DNA of 44,954 nt from contig CABQGZ010000001.1 of the NCBI GenBank assembly GCA_902463835.1, forward strand, positions 1 to 44,954. Reading direction: 5' to 3'. A model generated the notes under the pieces. That model saw only the letters and a list, made by a program, of their open reading frames with translations. It was not told the DNA's origin and searched no databases. How positions within the stretch are numbered: the first letter of the stretch is position 1; each line of letters begins with the position of its first letter. The DNA is from an uncultured Lachnospiraceae bacterium (GTDB taxonomy: Bacteria; Bacillota; Clostridia; Lachnospirales; Lachnospiraceae). Position numbers and translations under genes: made by a program. Of this stretch, positions 35,301-44,954 are shown piece after piece.

Positions 35301-35484
35301 GATCGTGCGGCTGCACGAGTGTCTGGGCGGAAGACGCAGAGTGATCCTGTATTCGGAGTATCCCATACAGAAAATGATCCCCTGCAACATGTTGGAGCAT
35401 GTGTGTGGAGAGCCTCTGACCGGAGTGCGGGTGGAAGTGGAGTTTGGGCCTTTTGAGATAAAGAATTTCAAAATATTATTATGA
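32356..35484 (+). CDS. GH38 alpha-mannosidase, cytoplasmic (1042 aa)
   Basis: 'AVGHTHIDLAWLW' (33088-33117 covers HTHIDLAWLW), 'FLWLPDVFGYSWALPQIL' (nucleophile-region motif), 'ELYFELHRGTYTSQ' and 'HQFHDIIPGSSI' are classic GH38 signatures. The start lies 1 nt after the previous stop. No signal peptide. Confidence 0.93.
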   Translation: MQKNFLAIEKFQRRVEELCERRYFSRQSIAPFVSMPGSCPADEAYHEIPEKIEGEAFGLDDMFSGRDCYLWLEKRLCLPEPREDSQVAILFDMSETGSGGRSAEGLLYVDGICYQGIDANHREVIFTEEAGKEVRLTFLLWTGLEEGGSRKNMHHRLKQADIAYLHKKTDELYYYGRAITGTLELLGEENENYQNLIAVLERALRCIDWDSERFYESADQAWQVLMKELNRLEKHTEVTVHAVGHTHIDLAWLWRLKHTREKAQRSFSTVLHLMDQYREYRFLQSQPQLYKFVKEDNPKLYERIRAKIQEGAWEPDGGMWVEADCNIPSGESLVRQFLYGTRFMEQEFGKKCEFLWLPDVFGYSWALPQILKQCEIDTFMTIKIGWNQYNTFPCDLFKWRGMDGTEILTYFISTPDDGEPDEVRSSTYNGVITPYTVKKCWKRFKNKELSKDVLFAFGYGDGGGSANRDMLELGRAIDRLPGMPHVKQSPAGEFFRKIHDQVEHTDQYVHTWDGELYFELHRGTYTSQSRTKRYNRRLEHMLGQSEWLSSLLYLQKGEYPWQELHDSWECVLLHQFHDIIPGSSIHEVYEDAQKSYRRTEEQTALVCEKVLEGLKKETENTYGIYSANSFGGMELVNIPEKRNGSFYDAEGNQLEATGSPEGYDVWMDVKPLSVSNITFVPEDGENKKAEPEDALKNWSIQMDEKRIETPFYSMEWDGSGNLILLYDKEERRSVLGAGGRGNVLEVYEDKPLHFDAWDLDIFHLQKKEIMELAKPAELAEQNERKAVLRFTYLYRKSRVIQDMVVYRDSRRIDFRTQVDWQEDHRILKAAFDTDIRNTEAAYDSQFGHVKRPTHWNQSWDLARFEVCGHKWADLSETGYGVSLLNDCKYGYSVKDSTMRISLLKSAKYPDTEADMGTHLFTYSLYPHRGDLTQGGTIAAANQLNHPAQVLKGAFADTRLLLGLVGEGVMIDAVKKAEDEECLIVRLHECLGGRRRVILYSEYPIQKMIPCNMLEHVCGEPLTGVRVEVEFGPFEIKNFKILL

Positions 35485-35523
35485 CTCGGAAGGACGCAGG
35501 GAAACGAAAGGAAAGACGATAAA

Positions 35524-37616
35524 ATGAACCCACTAATTTTGAGACAAGGGGTGTGCGATCCCCATATTCATATATTTCAGAGCAGAGCATATCTGTACGC
35601 GACCCACGACGCACCGGGCTATACCGAGGGCTTCTGCATGAAGGATTGGCAGATCTGGTCCTCCAAGGATCTGATCGACTGGCAGCTGGATGCGGTCATT
35701 GATCCGAAAGAATTCTACTGCGGCAGCATGGATCAGTGCTGGGCCGTAGATGCCGCGTATAGAAACGGAACTTATTACCTATATTTTTCCACCGGGGACT
35801 GGGGCGTTGGCGTGGCGGTATCGGAGCATCCTGCTGGCCCATTCCGGGATGTCCTGGGGCATGCCCTGGTGGACTATGACACGTATCCCCAGAATATTCA
35901 GAAATGGGATCCCCATGTGTTTGTGGACGAGGATGGGGAAGCTTATCTGGTGGTGGGAACGTGTCTTCAGAAAGAACCATGGGATTGCTATCTGATCGCA
36001 AGGCTTGGGGAGGATATGATTCATCTGGCGGAACCGCTCCGGAGAATCGAGTATGTGGGGAATCCCTGTCCGGAGGACAAGCCTTCCATTCATAAGGAAA
36101 ATGGAATCTATTATCTCACACATGCGTCCTACTATGCAGTGTCTGACAATGTGTATGGCCCTTATATCCATCGGGGACATATCGGCTTTACCAATGACCA
36201 CGGTTCCTTTTTCACTTACCACAATCAGACGTATTTTGCGGCGGGAGGAATGGACAATCCCAACCGCTATATGAGAGCCTCCTATCTTGTGCCCTGCCAT
36301 TATCGGGAAAACGGAGACATTGTGATAGAACAGGAGATCGCGGCCTATGGGTGCGGTCAGTATGACGCCGCATGGGAGCGCATCGAGGCGCGATGGTATT
36401 ACGCAGCGGCAAGAGCATGCAAAAAGGAAAAAGAGAACGGAGCTATTGTCACAGAACTGCGGGATGGGGAGTATCTGTATTTCCCGGAGATACTGAATCT
36501 GGAGGAAAATACGCGGATGCAGATATGCGCCGCCGGAAAGGCTCATGCAAGAATGTGGATCTACGAGGATTCTCCCGAGGGTAAGCTGCTGGGAAACTGC
36601 GACCTGGAGGGCGGAGCGGAAATGGCGGGGATGCACGAGAAACACCTGTCCGGCAAGGAAGGAATATATGAATGCACCCTATCCTGCGAGGTCGGAAAAA
36701 AGGCTCTCTATCTTCTGATGGAGGGAGAGGCGGAACTCAGCTGGTTTTCCTTTGACAATGGAAAAAAACGCTGTACGGCGCAGCCGTTGTTTTCCAGGCG
36801 GGGGAGAGGCGCCAGCCTTTCCTGGAATGTAAACGGGGCAAATCATCTGATCCTTCGGAATCTGGAGCTGCGGGGCGCCGGACTGGAGGTGTATGCGGAC
36901 GGCGGACAGGGCAAAGATGCAGAGCTGATCATCGATTATTGCTGCCCAAAGGCGGATGCCGCCACAGTTCTGTATATAAACGGAACGGAACAGCAGTCCA
37001 TTGCGTTTCCGGAGACAGAAGCAGGTTTTGGAAAGCTGGTTCATCAGAAACGGGTGAAAACCATGTTAAAGCCGGGGCTCAACAAAATCGGTTTGTGGAC
37101 CAGGGAATATCAGAAGGGAAAGCTGGAGATTGCGCATCTTACCGTGGAGACAGAGAAGAGCTGCTGCAAGGTGTATCCGGCAGCTAATGGAACCCTGTTC
37201 CCTGCGGGAAATGGGTGCTGGGACGGATTGCCCCAGTGGGAGACGGAGCCCTTGGCAGTAAGCGGAAGAATCGTAAAGTATCTGGGTAAGCCAGAGTACG
37301 GTGTTGCCATCCCGCATGTGGATGGCGGAGTGGGCGGCGCTTACGGTCTGGAGATTCATTATTGTTGCGGAGAGCAGGAGGGCTCTGAGTATGAGCTGTT
37401 GGTAAATGGAAAATCCTGCAGTAGGCTGCATTTTCCATTTACTGGGGGCTTTGGAATGGAGCAGATGCAGAACCTCTATACGGAAATAGTACTGGAAAAA
37501 GGAAGAAATAATACGATACAACTGGAGAAGGTCGGAGACTGTGACCAGGGAATCTTTGTGGATGCCTTTGCAGTGATTCCAGTTGATATTGAAAGATTTC
37601 ATCAGGAGAAAGCAGA

Positions 37617-37620
<4 letters not shown>
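35524..37620 (+). CDS. GH43-like five-bladed beta-propeller glycosidase with C-terminal beta-sandwich (CBM6-like) modules, cytoplasmic (698 aa)
   Basis: 'GVCDPHIHIF...YLYATHD', 'WSSKDLIDWQ', 'CWAVDAAYRNGTYYLYFS', 'VGVAVSEHPAGPFRD' and 'PEDKPSIHKENGIYYLTHA' match the GH43 Asp/Asp/Glu motif order. No signal peptide. Confidence 0.75.
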
Positions 37621-42519
<4,899 letters not shown>

Positions 42520-42537
42520 AAAATAGAATAATGAGAG

Positions 42538-42581
42538 CGGCTCCGGAGAGAAACACATATATGGTTTTCTCTCCGGAGCCG
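42538..42581. terminator. Bidirectional terminator between the convergent lacZ-type gene and the AraC-family regulator
   Basis: Perfect 16-bp stem: CGGCTCCGGAGAGAAA (42538-42553) pairs with TTTCTCTCCGGAGCCG (42566-42581) around a 12-nt loop. It is flanked by an A-rich stretch (42519-42530) on one side and T-rich sequence on the other. Confidence 0.8.
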
Positions 42582-42604
42582 TTGTGCTGTTGTAGCAGAT
42601 AGTG

Positions 42605-44954
42605 TTATTCTTCACCACCGGAATCCAAATGAAATTTTTGTTTGTACTCACTTAACGACATACCAAAATAGTTTTTAAAGCGAGTATAGAAATAGTTGTT
42701 TTTCTCAAGCCCTACTTTTTCCAGAATCTTATTCAGGGAGAGGGAGGTGGTCTGGAGATATTTAGCAAGCTGCTCCATACGCACTTCCAGGATATACTGG
42801 GATACTGATTTCTGGGTACACTGCTTAAATACGTGGCCGGTATAGTTGGCAGAAAGACCAATTTTATCGGCGATGGAGCAGAGACACAAAGTGGGATCTG
42901 CGTATTCCTGCTGGATGATCTGTGTAATCTTTTCTGCTACGATGGAAGTATTCTGCTGGGCGGGATCATTTTTCAATTTCATCACAGCGGTGCAGGCATG
43001 CTCCAGATATCCCCGGATGAGCTGCTGAATATCATCGCTGACTTCTGCATGCTCTACCTCTGCGAGGACTGTTTTCAGATCCTGGACGATGGTCTCTTTT
43101 AGCATGGGGTATTTCTCAATCAGCCGCTCATAGATACTGTAAATGATGTGGATGATTGTAGAAATAATCTCACTGTAATTGTATTGGAATAATTGATTTG
43201 TCAATTCCTGATATTCCATCCATGCTGGTTCTAACTGTCCATTCATAAGCTTATCTGTCAACTGTATGATACCACGGTAGGAAACCTGAAAAGCTTCGTC
43301 CGGCGTTTCCTCGGACTGGTAGGGATTGATAATACAATTATGTCCTTGGCGCATTTTTAGGAGCAGAGAGTTTTCCATATTGGCATATACCACAGGGAGC
43401 GCGGAAATACCATGGAATACAGTGCTGTATGCAATGGAGAGGGTAAAATGAAGGTAGGTTTCAATGTTTTTCTGGATAGAATAAAAGATATCCAGAATGT
43501 CTTCCTCCAAAAATGTTTCGTCCTTTTCAGGAGTGAGTGCCATGATAAGGACAAATTTGTCGTCTGACCGGCTGAAGGCGTTGCAGGTGAAGGAAGCAGA
43601 TGCCAGTTCTTCCACAATATTTATGATGGAAAAACGGATAGCCCACAGCTCGTCCGGGTTCTGGAGAGACAAAAATCTCTGATAATTATCAATTTTTAAC
43701 ACAGCCATACAGAGCTTTTCGCGCTCCAGATAGGAGAGTCCCAAACGCTCCAGCCGTTGCTTCATCAGTGCGGGAGAGTCCAGCTTGTGGTTCAAAATCA
43801 GGCTGTTCAGGCAGTCCTGGGTTTGAGAAAAACGTGTTTTCTGTTGCAAAGAACGGAGTTGCTGGTTATTTTCCTGGAGTGAAGACACCGCAGACAGGAT
43901 TTTTTGAAATTCCTTTGGGGTGGTCAGACCCTGGTTTTTGGGAATGACACGCTCTCCGTTGAGGGCATGGGCTAATGTTTCAACCGGTGTATTCAACTGA
44001 CGGCTAAAGTGCATGCAGAACAGGAAGCTGATGGCGAGCACTGCCAGAAAGAGCAGGAGGCCAATCAGGGTGGAGGATATTAGGCTACGGAAAAGCGCAC
44101 CAGCCGGAATATAATTTAATAGATACCAGCCATACATATTGTTATTCGTGCATACCTGGAAGTAGTAGGTTCCGTTTATCTTCACAAAGGCTGTGTCCGG
44201 GGTCTCTTTTTCAGCGAGCGTGTGGAGGGCAGCAGTAAGCCATTCCGTGCGCGTTTCATGGTTCCCGTTCAAGACGCCAGTGAGATATGTTTTATTCTCA
44301 TCCAAGATAATGAAATTGGAATCCATATCTCTTGTCAGCCGCTTCATGGAGGAGATGGACTCTGTCAGGAAGGAGGTATACACATTGATAACAATGGCGC
44401 TTTGAATCTCACCGGATCGAATAGAGGGATAATAGTAGCTGACAATCCCGGTATTGTCTGTCTCTTGTTCCTTGTGGCAAGGAACAGGACGCTTGGCCTG
44501 GGAGGTGAGGAAGGCAATATCCCTAAGCCGGGCAGCAGCCTCAGGATCCTCAAAATTTGCTAACGGTTCCTGGAATCCTGTTCTGGAAGAATAGGCATAG
44601 CCGGTGCTCCCACTATAGAGATAGAAGCTCTCCACATAGGGAAAGGTCATCAGGTTCTTAGTTAGGTCACGGCCGGCAAGCACGGGGATGGTGCTTTCGA
44701 TATTCCAGTAATATAAATAGGAAACCACATTGTTATTGTTTAGTAAGGACGTGGAAAGACGATCCACGCTTTCATCCATCTGATCGATGGAGTAATTGGT
44801 CTGGGACAAAAGCTGCTGGTTTGATTCCTTGATGTTCTCCTGCATGGAATTAAAATAATTCAAGGTCAGAAAAATAGTCAGCAAAAGTGTTGAAAGGATA
44901 GAGACGATAACAAAGGAAATCAAAAGCGACGAGAAAAAGCTTTTGCTATTTTCC
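42605..44954 (-). CDS. Membrane-bound sensor / AraC-family (HTH_18) transcriptional regulator, 5' end beyond the window
   Basis: The C-terminus 'IADKIGLSANYTGHVFKQ...SVSQYILEVRMEQLAKYL...LNKILEKVGLEKNNYFYTRFKNYFGMSLSEYKQKF' is a double AraC HTH. There is an N-terminal TM ('ISFVIVSILSTLLLTIFLTL'), a ~270-aa presumed extracytoplasmic region and a second TM ('LISSTLIGLLLFLAVLAISFLF'). The frame stays open to position 44954 (ENSKSFFSSLL precedes the listed TTG), so the gene is truncated by the window edge. Confidence 0.85.
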   Translation of the reverse strand, partial: ENSKSFFSSLLISFVIVSILSTLLLTIFLTLNYFNSMQENIKESNQQLLSQTNYSIDQMDESVDRLSTSLLNNNNVVSYLYYWNIESTIPVLAGRDLTKNLMTFPYVESFYLYSGSTGYAYSSRTGFQEPLANFEDPEAAARLRDIAFLTSQAKRPVPCHKEQETDNTGIVSYYYPSIRSGEIQSAIVINVYTSFLTESISSMKRLTRDMDSNFIILDENKTYLTGVLNGNHETRTEWLTAALHTLAEKETPDTAFVKINGTYYFQVCTNNNMYGWYLLNYIPAGALFRSLISSTLIGLLLFLAVLAISFLFCMHFSRQLNTPVETLAHALNGERVIPKNQGLTTPKEFQKILSAVSSLQENNQQLRSLQQKTRFSQTQDCLNSLILNHKLDSPALMKQRLERLGLSYLEREKLCMAVLKIDNYQRFLSLQNPDELWAIRFSIINIVEELASASFTCNAFSRSDDKFVLIMALTPEKDETFLEEDILDIFYSIQKNIETYLHFTLSIAYSTVFHGISALPVVYANMENSLLLKMRQGHNCIINPYQSEETPDEAFQVSYRGIIQLTDKLMNGQLEPAWMEYQELTNQLFQYNYSEIISTIIHIIYSIYERLIEKYPMLKETIVQDLKTVLAEVEHAEVSDDIQQLIRGYLEHACTAVMKLKNDPAQQNTSIVAEKITQIIQQEYADPTLCLCSIADKIGLSANYTGHVFKQCTQKSVSQYILEVRMEQLAKYLQTTSLSLNKILEKVGLEKNNYFYTRFKNYFGMSLSEYKQKFHLDSGGEE

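Overview
Firmicute-type (Clostridia, Lachnospiraceae-like; inferred) glycan-utilisation locus with no RNA genes, CRISPR arrays or mobile elements visible. About two thirds of the window (48..30261, + strand) holds five tandem giant genes (1561 to about 2195 aa). Each encodes a Sec signal peptide, a different N-terminal catalytic-type region and many carbohydrate-binding and Ig-like modules. All five end in the same C-terminal stalk of 3-4 helical FIVAR-like repeats plus a non-canonical (S/A)PKTG sortase signal. They form two paralog pairs (A/B with a right-handed beta-helix domain; C/D with a divergent GH29-like TIM barrel plus F5/8 type C modules). The fifth, protein E, has a roughly 690-aa central region I cannot assign to any family. 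Behind protein E lies an operon of signal-peptide-less enzymes: two URO-D/MtaA-like proteins, GH38 alpha-mannosidase, a GH43-like enzyme, a GH38-N-like (DUF5054-type) protein and a LacZ-type GH2 beta-galactosidase. A third URO-D-like gene sits alone between giants A and B. A convergent, 5'-truncated membrane-sensor AraC-family regulator closes the window. No transporter or sortase gene is present. The most interesting points are the recombination-prone shared anchor cassette, the unassigned catalytic regions, the three URO-D-like paralogs inside a glycosidase locus, and sequence blocks shared by the promoter regions. All family calls come from motif recognition by eye and need HMM or structure confirmation.
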